From positions 70,155 through 134,154 of IMG/VR virus record IMGVR_UViG_3300037487_001316: DNA of 64,000 nucleotides. One strand, given 5' to 3'. Positions 54,766-64,000 of this stretch are shown one piece after another; position 1 is the stretch's first letter; each line of letters opens with the position of its first letter. The translations under genes were made by a program, and so were the position numbers. The notes beneath the pieces are model-generated. The model saw only the letters and a list, made by a program, of their open reading frames with translations, did not search any database and was not told where the DNA came from. Origin of the DNA: a virus.

Positions 54766-55490
54766 TGCTTATAAATGTATTTTCTTCTCATAGAACAGGG
54801 TCTACCTGGTGGGCACATTATCTTAGGAGTAAGAACCCCGGTAGCACTTTATATAACGAGACATTCAATCATCTTAGATACTATGCTAAGAATGAAGATG
54901 AAAATGTTAGACAAGAAGATGAATTTGAGCAGGGATATTTCTGGAAGGCGCCTGATGAAACTTGTAGAGAGATTATAAGTAATTATAGGGAATTAACACC
55001 AAAGGATAGTAATAGATTTAATAAATGGTTGAAGTTCTTAGAATTATCCCCTAATGTGAATATATGTCATACTCATCTTTCTCCTTTACAAGATAATAAG
55101 TATCTTACAGAATTGTGTAAGATGGGTGATAAGAATTATTATGTGTATAGAGAAAATTTATTAGAACAGTTAGCATCATTCATGATATTAGAACATACAA
55201 ATGAATATACAGCATTCACTAAAGATAGATCTAATATTACTGAAAAATTTACATATCCTATTATTGATATGAAATCAGTAGAATGGAAGATACAGGAAAT
55301 ATTACATGCCGATGAATTCATAGAAAATAAATTATTTAATTATGAAAGAATTAAATACGAATCTATGCCATTTAACGAAACAATAGAGGGAATGCCATTA
55401 AAACAAAATGTATCAGCATTCGATAGATTGTGTATGATAGATCAGATATTATTAAAACAAATTTATGGGAGAACAAAAAATGTCAAATAA
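54765..55490 (+). CDS. Sulfotransferase-like protein (Stf0-like)
   Basis: SSHRTGST 5'-PSB loop, NE.F, YRENLLEQLAS 3'-PB motif, IKYE. Confidence 0.7.
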   Translation: MLINVFSSHRTGSTWWAHYLRSKNPGSTLYNETFNHLRYYAKNEDENVRQEDEFEQGYFWKAPDETCREIISNYRELTPKDSNRFNKWLKFLELSPNVNICHTHLSPLQDNKYLTELCKMGDKNYYVYRENLLEQLASFMILEHTNEYTAFTKDRSNITEKFTYPIIDMKSVEWKIQEILHADEFIENKLFNYERIKYESMPFNETIEGMPLKQNVSAFDRLCMIDQILLKQIYGRTKNVK

Positions 55491-56334
55491 AATTCTTATT
55501 ATGGGATTACCAGGATCTGGTAAAACATTCCTAGCAACAGCACTGAAAAAATATCTAGAAGAAAACGGTACGGCAAACAACATGTCGTTATCTCGTGCTA
55601 TGACAACCGAGTTTCAGCTTGGCGATTATAAAGTAACTGTAGATTGGTTCAATGCAGATGAAATTCGCAAACGTTTTAATGACTGGGATTTTTCCCATGA
55701 TGGCAGAATTCGCCAATCTTTGCGTATGGCAGAATTCGCTTTAAAGTCGTCAGGGGATTTTGTTATTGCAGATTTCGTTGCACCTTTGGTTGAGATGCGA
55801 AATAATTTTAAGGCAGATTGGACAATATGGATGGATACTATTGATCAAGGACGTTATGCTGACACAAATAAAGCATTCGTTCCGCCTGCATTGTATGATT
55901 TCCGAGTTACAGAACAAAATGCAGATAAATGGGCAGAATTTATTGGTCGGCACATACTTGATAATCAACGCCGTCCTGTATTCAACTGGCAGAAAGAGAC
56001 AGTGCAAATGTTAGGCAGATGGCAACCTTGGCACAAAGGACATCGTATGTTATTTGAACGTGCCCTTGCAAAGACAGGTCAGGTTGTTATTCAGATACGA
56101 GATTGTCAGGGATGGAATGGGACAAACCCTTTTGCTATCGAACAGGTTAAAGATCTTATCCGCAGGGATTTGGATCCGTTGTTCCAAGGACAATACGAAC
56201 TGCAGGTTGTTCCAAATATAGTTAATATAACATATGGTCGAGAAGTCGGTTATAAGATAGAACAGGAAACTTTCGACGATGAAACTCATTCAATCTCTGC
56301 TACAAAGATTCGTAAAGAGTTGGGCCTTAAATAA
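55480..56334 (+). CDS. cysC: Adenylylsulfate kinase-like domain fused to HxGH nucleotidyltransferase domain
   Basis: GLPGSGKT, NADEIR, DFS..GR.RQ and DFVAP, followed by GRWQPWHKGH...ISATKIR. Confidence 0.8.
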   Translation: MSNKILIMGLPGSGKTFLATALKKYLEENGTANNMSLSRAMTTEFQLGDYKVTVDWFNADEIRKRFNDWDFSHDGRIRQSLRMAEFALKSSGDFVIADFVAPLVEMRNNFKADWTIWMDTIDQGRYADTNKAFVPPALYDFRVTEQNADKWAEFIGRHILDNQRRPVFNWQKETVQMLGRWQPWHKGHRMLFERALAKTGQVVIQIRDCQGWNGTNPFAIEQVKDLIRRDLDPLFQGQYELQVVPNIVNITYGREVGYKIEQETFDDETHSISATKIRKELGLK

Positions 56335-56539
56335 GGGTGAGTCAGGTCTCCGCAGTCTGGTTAAAGCGTACAGCTACCGGATGTGCGGAACTCTAACAAC
56401 TATAACAATTTCGTATATGATAACAGGTGTAATTACTGTATCGTTAGCTATCGGCGCAACCGAAATTATTATCAAGCCATTTATATATTGGTGTCACGAA
56501 CGGGTGTGGAATAAGATTAAGTGGGGAACCGATAAATAG
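56279..56539 (+). CDS. DUF2061-like small membrane protein
   Basis: RSLVKAYSYR...Y..HERVWNKIKWG. Confidence 0.75.
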   Translation: MKLIQSLLQRFVKSWALNKGESGLRSLVKAYSYRMCGTLTTITISYMITGVITVSLAIGATEIIIKPFIYWCHERVWNKIKWGTDK

Positions 56540-56560
56540 TATGTTATCGGAGAACATACT

Positions 56561-56920
56561 ATGCCAACAGTAGAAACAGTTAAAAACAATATATTGAAAG
56601 TAGCATTCGGATCTATAGGTTCCGTTATTGCTATAGTAGCAGCATTATTTGCAGTGGATGAAAGATATGCCCATGCTGCTGATGTTGGGAAAGACAAACT
56701 TCAAACACAAGATTTAATTCAGGACACTTCTCAGACATTGCGTAGACAATTATTAGAAGATAAACTTTTTGAATTAGATGTAAAGAAAGCACAAGCCAAA
56801 GATCAAAAGCTACCACCAATTGACGCAGCATTGAGAGAAAGATATCAACGTCAATTAGATGAAGTAAATACAGCCCAAACTAGAAGCAGAAATTTAAATC
56901 AGGCACTACCTAAAAACTAG
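56561..56920 (+). CDS. Late membrane-anchored coiled-coil protein
   Basis: GATAAATA at 56531; one TM segment then coiled coil. Confidence 0.65.
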   Translation: MPTVETVKNNILKVAFGSIGSVIAIVAALFAVDERYAHAADVGKDKLQTQDLIQDTSQTLRRQLLEDKLFELDVKKAQAKDQKLPPIDAALRERYQRQLDEVNTAQTRSRNLNQALPKN

Positions 56921-56924
56921 TCAT

Positions 56925-56951
56925 AAGAAAGCCCCTTACGGGGCTTTCTTT
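56925..56951. terminator. Bidirectional terminator
   Basis: AAGAAAGCCCC-TTAC-GGGGCTTTCTT between convergent genes. Confidence 0.85.
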
Positions 56952-56964
56952 AGTTGTTAAGGTA

Positions 56965-57717
56965 TTATTCGTCTTCCCCGTATACATCAAGCACTTCTGC
57001 GACAAGTTCATCACGTTCGATATGTTCTCTACCGAATGTACAAACCGCCATAGAACCTTTTCTATTTGCAGCAAATCTATCTAAGAAATCTTTTAAACCA
57101 TTCCTATCAAATCCGCGATCATGCTGTCTTAAGTCGCCTGTGATAATCATACTACTACCTTCACCTATACGAGTAAGTAGCATCTTAGTTTGATCTGGTG
57201 TTGCATTCTGCATTTCATCAGCAATGACATATGCATGTTTGAAAGTACGTCCGCGCATAAATCCTAACGGTGCAATCTCTATAATGCCTTCCTCTAGCAT
57301 TCTAGCAGTTTCCTGCAATCCGTAATATTCTTCAAATACATCAAAAATTGGGCGTGTCCAAGGCTCCATTTTTGCATTTAAGTCTCCTGGTAAGAATCCG
57401 TGTTTTTCATCAACACTAACTGCTGGCCGAGTTAATATAATTCTACTGACTTCTCCTTCACGTAGTGCTTTAATGGCTCTTAGTACAGCGAGCAATGTTT
57501 TACCTGTACCAGCGGGGCCGACAGCAAATACCATTCTTTTTTCTAGAAGGGCTTCTACATAAGTTTCTTGGGCAGTATTACGGGGAAGCATTTCTACTTT
57601 CCTATAATTTCTATTACCAAGTTTGACAACATTCGCCGTTTGTGTTGGTTCGCTACGTTGATATGCTGCACGAGACTGCGGCACCGATTTAGGTGCCATT
57701 TTGCGATTTTTGCTCAA
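56965..57717 (-). CDS. phoH: PhoH-like ATPase
   Basis: GPAGTGKT, TRPAV, GFLPG, MRGRT, DEMQN, TRIG and GD..Q motifs; TTG start after TAAGGAG. Confidence 0.93.
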   Translation of the reverse strand: MSKNRKMAPKSVPQSRAAYQRSEPTQTANVVKLGNRNYRKVEMLPRNTAQETYVEALLEKRMVFAVGPAGTGKTLLAVLRAIKALREGEVSRIILTRPAVSVDEKHGFLPGDLNAKMEPWTRPIFDVFEEYYGLQETARMLEEGIIEIAPLGFMRGRTFKHAYVIADEMQNATPDQTKMLLTRIGEGSSMIITGDLRQHDRGFDRNGLKDFLDRFAANRKGSMAVCTFGREHIERDELVAEVLDVYGEDE

Positions 57718-57923
57718 AGTGATACTCCTTAATGAGTTATTTTGGATTGATGGGTCACAGGACAAGAATTGCCCGCCCGGAGGAACGTCGATTGTTTTAT
57801 CGAGTGTATTTTGCATACAAGGATATTTATGATTTTTTAGAAACTTATCTTAATATAGAGAACCTTTTTCTAAACTTTACAAATCTTCTATATTACTGAT
57901 AAATAATCAAAAGAGGGTAATAA

Positions 57924-58493
57924 ATGACAACTGACTTAGACTCGATTAAGACAACACTTGTGAATATATCAAAGGGTAATGATATATTAAGCACCCTATT
58001 GGAATTTGAACGTACATTAGATAATGCTGAAATATTTGCCTATAAGAATTGGATTCTGGGCGAACTAGTCGAAGGACCGACTATTAGTCGATATTGGTAC
58101 AAAACCGTTTGGATGTATCCGTATGCTATGATGCCAGATCCAAATGCAGGCCTGCGCCTTACTAAACTTGGTGCAAAAGTTAATTTTAGAGAAGGTGTAT
58201 TTAAGAAGCCTGTTAAAGTTAGTGGTCCGCAAGATTGGGTTGATCCACAAACAAAAAGAGCTAAAATGGCCGAACATGAAATTTGGCTTGTTACTATTGA
58301 ATTACCAATGAAGTATATCAACCGTGGATTAGAACAAACAGATGATATTATTCAAAGAGATATAGAAGATACCAATGCAGAATTGGCAGATGCATTCGAT
58401 GATGAAATACCAGCTGAAGATGAACAAATGCCGCAAGAAGATACAGGTATGGGCCCAACAAGCGATATGGCTCCTCCAGAGGAAGAAGTATGA
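57924..58493 (+). CDS. Hypothetical late protein
   Basis: GATAAATA at 57898; GAGG RBS. Confidence 0.7.
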   Translation: MTTDLDSIKTTLVNISKGNDILSTLLEFERTLDNAEIFAYKNWILGELVEGPTISRYWYKTVWMYPYAMMPDPNAGLRLTKLGAKVNFREGVFKKPVKVSGPQDWVDPQTKRAKMAEHEIWLVTIELPMKYINRGLEQTDDIIQRDIEDTNAELADAFDDEIPAEDEQMPQEDTGMGPTSDMAPPEEEV

Positions 58494-59242
58494 GCTTAAA
58501 GAATGGTGATCTAGCAGGTACTATATTACCTGATGTGTCTATAGATGAATTTGAACCTAAAGCAGGTAAAGATTTAGAAGTCATTGTTGTTGCATTTTAC
58601 CTAGATGATGAAGCGCCAGCAGCAGATCTTAATACATTTATACAGCGTGGATTTATTGATACACTAGATGTTGAAGTAAGCCCTAGCACCGATGAAGAAG
58701 GTCGTTATCTTGTGTTCGTTGAAATGTCGAGAGATGATACATTCCCTAATAAATTCCAAGCACTATTAAAAGATGTAGGAAATTTAGCCGGTGATATGGA
58801 TTGGCGTGTTAAGACTTACTTCTCTGATGGACAATCGTTTGCTTACAATGATCCGGAATTATACAAGTATGTTATTATCGATCCAGCAGATTATGTACCT
58901 AAGGATAAATTCAAAATGAAAGAAATAGAAGAAGCAATTGAAGATTTTTTTGGTGCTTCCTTAGTTACAAACTTGACAATTGATGGCAATGTTGTTACAC
59001 TAGTAGGGAACGGTAGTAAGATAGTGGCCGAAGTGGTTGATGTCGGCGATTATGATACTGTTATTGGTAGGAACTTTTTAAGCGAATCTGCTTTTAGAGT
59101 AGGACAGAGTCCATACGAAGCTAAGGTGTTGAAAAGCATCTTAGGTAATTGTCAAATTCTGCCAATTGGAAAATACCTTTGCGTTAATAATGACGACAGG
59201 GTAATGTTACTTAAAGACACACAAATAGAATACGGGAACTAA
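58490..59242 (+). CDS. Hypothetical protein
   Basis: Coupled ORF. Confidence 0.7.
   Translation: MSLKNGDLAGTILPDVSIDEFEPKAGKDLEVIVVAFYLDDEAPAADLNTFIQRGFIDTLDVEVSPSTDEEGRYLVFVEMSRDDTFPNKFQALLKDVGNLAGDMDWRVKTYFSDGQSFAYNDPELYKYVIIDPADYVPKDKFKMKEIEEAIEDFFGASLVTNLTIDGNVVTLVGNGSKIVAEVVDVGDYDTVIGRNFLSESAFRVGQSPYEAKVLKSILGNCQILPIGKYLCVNNDDRVMLLKDTQIEYGN
58973..59001 (+). promoter_or_regulatory. Intragenic sigma70-like promoter, probably driving infA-dnaJ-clpA
   Basis: TTGACA-17-TACACT with TGn extension. Confidence 0.55.
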
Positions 59243-59246
59243 TAAA

Positions 59247-59468
59247 TTGGCTAAAGATAGAGACGACATGATTGTTACAAAAGGGCGTATTACGGATGCA
59301 GCACCCGGAGCGCGATTTAAGGTAAAATTGGAAAACGGACATGTCATGAACGCCGTTATTAGTGGAAAGATTAGAAAGAATAATATTCAAATTCTACTAG
59401 ATGATTTAGTAGAAGTTGAAATGAGTCCATATGATTTAAATCTAGGACGTATTACATACCGCTTTTAG
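59247..59468 (+). CDS. infA: Translation initiation factor IF-1
   Basis: F.VKLENGH...ISGKIR.N.I.IL..D.V.VE.SPYDL..GRITYR; TTG start. Confidence 0.93.
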   Translation: MAKDRDDMIVTKGRITDAAPGARFKVKLENGHVMNAVISGKIRKNNIQILLDDLVEVEMSPYDLNLGRITYRF

Positions 59469-59480
59469 AAAGCACATCAA

Positions 59481-60320
59481 ATGAGCAAACGGGATTATTA
59501 CGAGATCCTTGGCCTTGCGAAGAATTCGTCGGACAACGAGATTAAGAAAGCTTATAGACAGCTTGCTAGTAAATATCATCCCGATAAATTTCCAGGCGCA
59601 GATGATTCTCCTGAAAAGAAATCGGCTGAAGAGAAATTCAAAGAAGTTAGGGAAGCCTATGATATTCTCAGCGATAGCGAAAAGCGGAGTCTATACGATA
59701 CTCAAGGCCACGCCGGACTAGATCCAACCAATCAGCGTGGAGCACAGCAATGGAACCATCGTACAGCAGGTAACGGTCAGTTTGAGGAAATGTTTAAGAC
59801 ATTCTTTTCGCAGGCCGGTGGATTCAATGAAGGTTTCTTTGGACAACAACCAAAACAACAGGTTATTCATATTGTAAATATTTCTCTTACAGATGCGTAT
59901 ATTGGCAAAACAATAAAAATAGATTCTAGCGTGACCATAAATATACCACAAGGTGCGAGATCTGGTACTAAGTTTTTTGCCGATAATAAATTATATCGAC
60001 TTGATATACAACCACATTATAAATTTAAACGTGCAAACGATGATTTATTGGTTGATGTAGCAATTGGTGCAATTGAAGCCATGCTAGGCGTGGAGGCTAT
60101 ACTAGAGCACTTAGACGGTGTTAAACTACAGTTTACAATACCTGCAGGTATACAGGCCGGGCAGATAGTTAAATTATCCGGTAAGGGAATGAAAAATCCG
60201 GAAACAGATAGACAAGGTGATGTTTTGGTTCGCATCACTATTACTGTTCCAAGAACCCTAACTGATGCCGAGAAGACTACATTAAAGTCTATAACGCACA
60301 GTGAGTCAATTAATATTTAA
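59481..60320 (+). CDS. dnaJ: DnaJ/CbpA-type co-chaperone (no zinc finger)
   Basis: DYYEILG, HPD, G/F region and C-terminal domain. Confidence 0.9.
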   Translation: MSKRDYYEILGLAKNSSDNEIKKAYRQLASKYHPDKFPGADDSPEKKSAEEKFKEVREAYDILSDSEKRSLYDTQGHAGLDPTNQRGAQQWNHRTAGNGQFEEMFKTFFSQAGGFNEGFFGQQPKQQVIHIVNISLTDAYIGKTIKIDSSVTINIPQGARSGTKFFADNKLYRLDIQPHYKFKRANDDLLVDVAIGAIEAMLGVEAILEHLDGVKLQFTIPAGIQAGQIVKLSGKGMKNPETDRQGDVLVRITITVPRTLTDAEKTTLKSITHSESINI

Positions 60321-60328
60321 GGAAGAAG

Positions 60329-62548
60329 ATGGCTAAAAAAGTAGAAAAGATGATTGAACGTGCAGTTTCTATTGCAAACGATAATAATCATGAATATGTA
60401 ACACTTGAGCATATACTATTATCTCTTTTACACGAGAAAGATGTAAATGAACTTATTTTAGCAATCGGCGGACAGCCTGCTAAAATTAAGACTGATTCCA
60501 TACAATTTTTGGGTGATCCTGCACTAAAGAAGCCAGATGCACTCAAAGATGTACCAGCAAAGCGTACGGCCGTTTTAAATCGCACATTTCAGCGGGCACT
60601 CACACAACTTGTATTCAGCGGCAGAAATGAATTAAATAACGAATCAATTTTACTAAGTATTCTTAGTGAAGAAACTAGTCATGCTTATTATTTCTTAGGT
60701 AAGCACGGCGTATCGCGTGAAAAGATTATTGCATATCTACGCAAGACAGAAGAAAAACAAGGACCAGAGGAAACATTCCTTGATCATTTCGCTCGTAACT
60801 TAAATAAAGAAGCAGCAGATGGATCTATTGACCCTGTTATTGGCCGCGAAAAAGAAGTTATTGATACAATTGAAATTTTAGCTAGACGCAAAAAGAATAA
60901 TGTAATCTATGTCGGCGAGCCAGGTGTTGGTAAAACAGCATTAGCAGAAGGACTTGCACTTAAGATTGTTAATAAAGAAGTTCCAAAAGCATTGCACGAT
61001 AAGGTTGTGTATAGTTTGGACATCGGTGCATTACTTGCAGGAACTAAATTCCGTGGCGACTTTGAAGAGCGTTTAAAAGGCGTGCTTGAGCAAGTTAAGA
61101 AGATGGGCAATTGTATTATGTTCATCGACGAAATTCATATGATTCTGGGAGCAGGTGCAACAACAGGTAGTCAAATGGATGCAGGCAATTTGCTAAAACC
61201 GATGCTCGCTAAAGGTCAGTTAATGTGTGTTGGTGCAACCACATATGACGAATTTCACGAATACTTTGAAAAGGATAAGGCACTATTACGCCGCTTCCAA
61301 AAGTATGATATTGAACAACCTTCAGCAGAAGAAACAAAACTCATCCTAAAAGGTATTGCTTATCAATACGAGAAGTTCCACGGCGTTACATTTGAAGAAG
61401 GTGCTACCGATATGTGTGTTGATTTAGCTGATCGATATCTAAAATCAAAATACTTTCCAGATAAAGCAATTGATATTATGGACTCAGCAGGTGCAATCTC
61501 TAAGTTAAAAGAAGAAAAGATTGTAACAATAGATTGTGTTGTTCAACAAGCAGCAAAGATTGCACATATTCCTGCTGATATGATTGATATGAAGGAAAAT
61601 ACAGCATTAGAAAATCTTGCACCAAGAATGAAGGATAAAGTTTATGGTCAGGATGGCGCTATTGATAAGCTTGTAGAAGCTATCTTTATGTCTAAGGCAG
61701 GATTGCGTAACCCGAGCAAACCTATTGGTAGTTTCTTATTTACTGGACCAACAGGCACTGGTAAAACTTACACGGCCAAAAAGCTCGCAGAGACACTTGG
61801 CGTACATTTTGCACGATTTGACATGTCGGAATACATGGAAAAACATACCGTATCCAAGTTCATCGGCGCACCTCCCGGCTATGTAGGCCACGGCGAAGGC
61901 AAGATGGGAGAAGGACAACTTATTCAAACAATTGATACAAATCCAAATTGTGTATTATTGCTAGATGAAATTGAAAAGGCTAATCCGGATGTTATTACTG
62001 TGCTATTGCAGGTAATGGATGATGGTCGTCTAACTTCTGCTAAAGGTAAGACAGTTGATTTTTCAAATGTTGTTATTATTATGTCAGCTAATCTAGGTGC
62101 AGCAGATGCAGAAAAATTAAAGATTGGGTTTGGTAATCAAGATAACGAAGGCGCTGTCGAAGCTGAAATTAAACGATTCTTTAGTCCCGAGTTTAGAAAT
62201 CGGTTAGATGCTACTGTTAAATTCAATAAGTTAACAATGAATGAGATGTTCTTAATTGTTAATTCTGAAGTTGAAAAGACAGAGGTTATGCTTACCCCTA
62301 AGAATATTTCACTCAATGTTACACAACAGGCTCGCGATTGGCTTGCTAAAAACGGTTACGATCCTAAGATGGGCGCCAGACCGTTTGAGAGACTATTTGA
62401 AGAACGGATTAAGAAACCATTATCCAAAGAAATATTGTTTGGTAAATTAAAGACTGGTGGCCGAGCAAATGTTGATTACGATATTATAACTGATGGAATT
62501 AAGGTAGAGGTACTAGATCCTATTATAGAACCTCAATTGATAATTTAA
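60329..62548 (+). CDS. clpA: ClpA AAA+ unfoldase
   Basis: HEYVTLEH N-domain, two Walker A motifs ([16 protein letters not shown]), no middle coiled coil, IGF loop. Confidence 0.93.
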   Translation: MAKKVEKMIERAVSIANDNNHEYVTLEHILLSLLHEKDVNELILAIGGQPAKIKTDSIQFLGDPALKKPDALKDVPAKRTAVLNRTFQRALTQLVFSGRNELNNESILLSILSEETSHAYYFLGKHGVSREKIIAYLRKTEEKQGPEETFLDHFARNLNKEAADGSIDPVIGREKEVIDTIEILARRKKNNVIYVGEPGVGKTALAEGLALKIVNKEVPKALHDKVVYSLDIGALLAGTKFRGDFEERLKGVLEQVKKMGNCIMFIDEIHMILGAGATTGSQMDAGNLLKPMLAKGQLMCVGATTYDEFHEYFEKDKALLRRFQKYDIEQPSAEETKLILKGIAYQYEKFHGVTFEEGATDMCVDLADRYLKSKYFPDKAIDIMDSAGAISKLKEEKIVTIDCVVQQAAKIAHIPADMIDMKENTALENLAPRMKDKVYGQDGAIDKLVEAIFMSKAGLRNPSKPIGSFLFTGPTGTGKTYTAKKLAETLGVHFARFDMSEYMEKHTVSKFIGAPPGYVGHGEGKMGEGQLIQTIDTNPNCVLLLDEIEKANPDVITVLLQVMDDGRLTSAKGKTVDFSNVVIIMSANLGAADAEKLKIGFGNQDNEGAVEAEIKRFFSPEFRNRLDATVKFNKLTMNEMFLIVNSEVEKTEVMLTPKNISLNVTQQARDWLAKNGYDPKMGARPFERLFEERIKKPLSKEILFGKLKTGGRANVDYDIITDGIKVEVLDPIIEPQLII

Positions 62549-62565
62549 TAGTACACTAAATACAG

Positions 62566-62590
62566 AACCGCCCCCAGAGGGCGGTTTTTT
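62566..62590 (+). terminator. Rho-independent terminator
   Basis: AACCGCCCC-CAGA-GGGCGGTT followed by a T-run. Confidence 0.8.
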
Positions 62591-62646
62591 ACGGGCTATA
62601 ATTCTTGCCTATCTCTGATAAATAATAGAGAACAAGAAGGAATACT

Positions 62647-63084
62647 ATGGCAATTAGAAAATCAGTCTTAATGATGACAAACACTGGAACTGAGTGGAAT
62701 GTCATCGGCGAGCCAGTAAGGGCTGATGCATACTATGGATATACTGATGGCATCCATACCGTACAGGTAATTTATCAAAACTTCGTTGGTGGATTTGGAC
62801 TTCAGGGTACCCTTGCATTAAATCCACAACCCGAAGATTGGTTCTGGATCAGATTAAATCCAAACGGTGATGTAAATACACCCTTTATACCGTTTCCGCT
62901 CGACCCTTATGCACCTACAGGTAATAACGGCGGTGATACAGGATCTATGGCAACAACATTCATTGGAAATTTTGTATTTCTTAGAGCAGTATTATCTAGA
63001 GATTACCTTCAACCATTACCGGTAAATCCGCAATGGCAAACTTGGCAATATGGCCAACTTGATAAAGTATTATTGAGCTTATAA
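62647..63084 (+). CDS. Putative virion structural protein
   Basis: GATAAATA at 62617; ADAYYGYTDGIHTV...LQGTL...GNFVFLRA. Confidence 0.6.
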   Translation: MAIRKSVLMMTNTGTEWNVIGEPVRADAYYGYTDGIHTVQVIYQNFVGGFGLQGTLALNPQPEDWFWIRLNPNGDVNTPFIPFPLDPYAPTGNNGGDTGSMATTFIGNFVFLRAVLSRDYLQPLPVNPQWQTWQYGQLDKVLLSL

Positions 63085-63096
63085 GGAAAAGAAAAG

Positions 63097-64000
<904 letters not shown>

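Noticed and set aside
488-62450. Numerous short antisense or alternate-frame ORFs in the track (e.g. 1973..2509, 4770..5342, 18276..18728, 29680..30273, 40846..41259)
   Set aside because: They lie inside well-supported genes, lack an RBS or promoter, and read as shadow frames.

Overview
This window is 64 kb of an AT-rich, gene-dense jumbo phage genome with T4-like replication and head-assembly features. It uses the standard genetic code, and its chaperone and translation genes suggest a probable proteobacterial host. Replication and nucleotide genes: a partial gp41/DnaB helicase, class II RNR, ThyX, dCMP deaminase, MazG, FolE/QueD, a clamp loader and a DnaE fragment. Metabolism and translation: NadM-Nudix plus NAMPT NAD salvage, bS21, IF-1, PhoH, Fe-S helpers and a sulfotransferase/APS-kinase module. 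Proteostasis: ClpX/P/A/S, DnaJ, sHSP, GroES-like and a metacaspase. Virion and mobile genes: virion/internal-head proteins, the start of a collagen-like fibre and four free-standing homing-endonuclease-like genes. Two promoter classes are visible: sigma70-like TTGAC-17-TAnnnT and a T4-late-like GATAAATA. The most striking unexplained signals are (i) modular internal-head 'polyproteins' punctuated by [ILV]-x-E protease-type motifs, one carrying an in-frame cassette bounded by an exact 17-bp repeat (GVAEG) and a cryptic internal signal peptide; (ii) a small gene carrying a stand-alone copy of the capsid Gol peptide; and (iii) several candidate cis-regulatory RNAs. All functional calls come from motif recognition by eye; no database searches were run.
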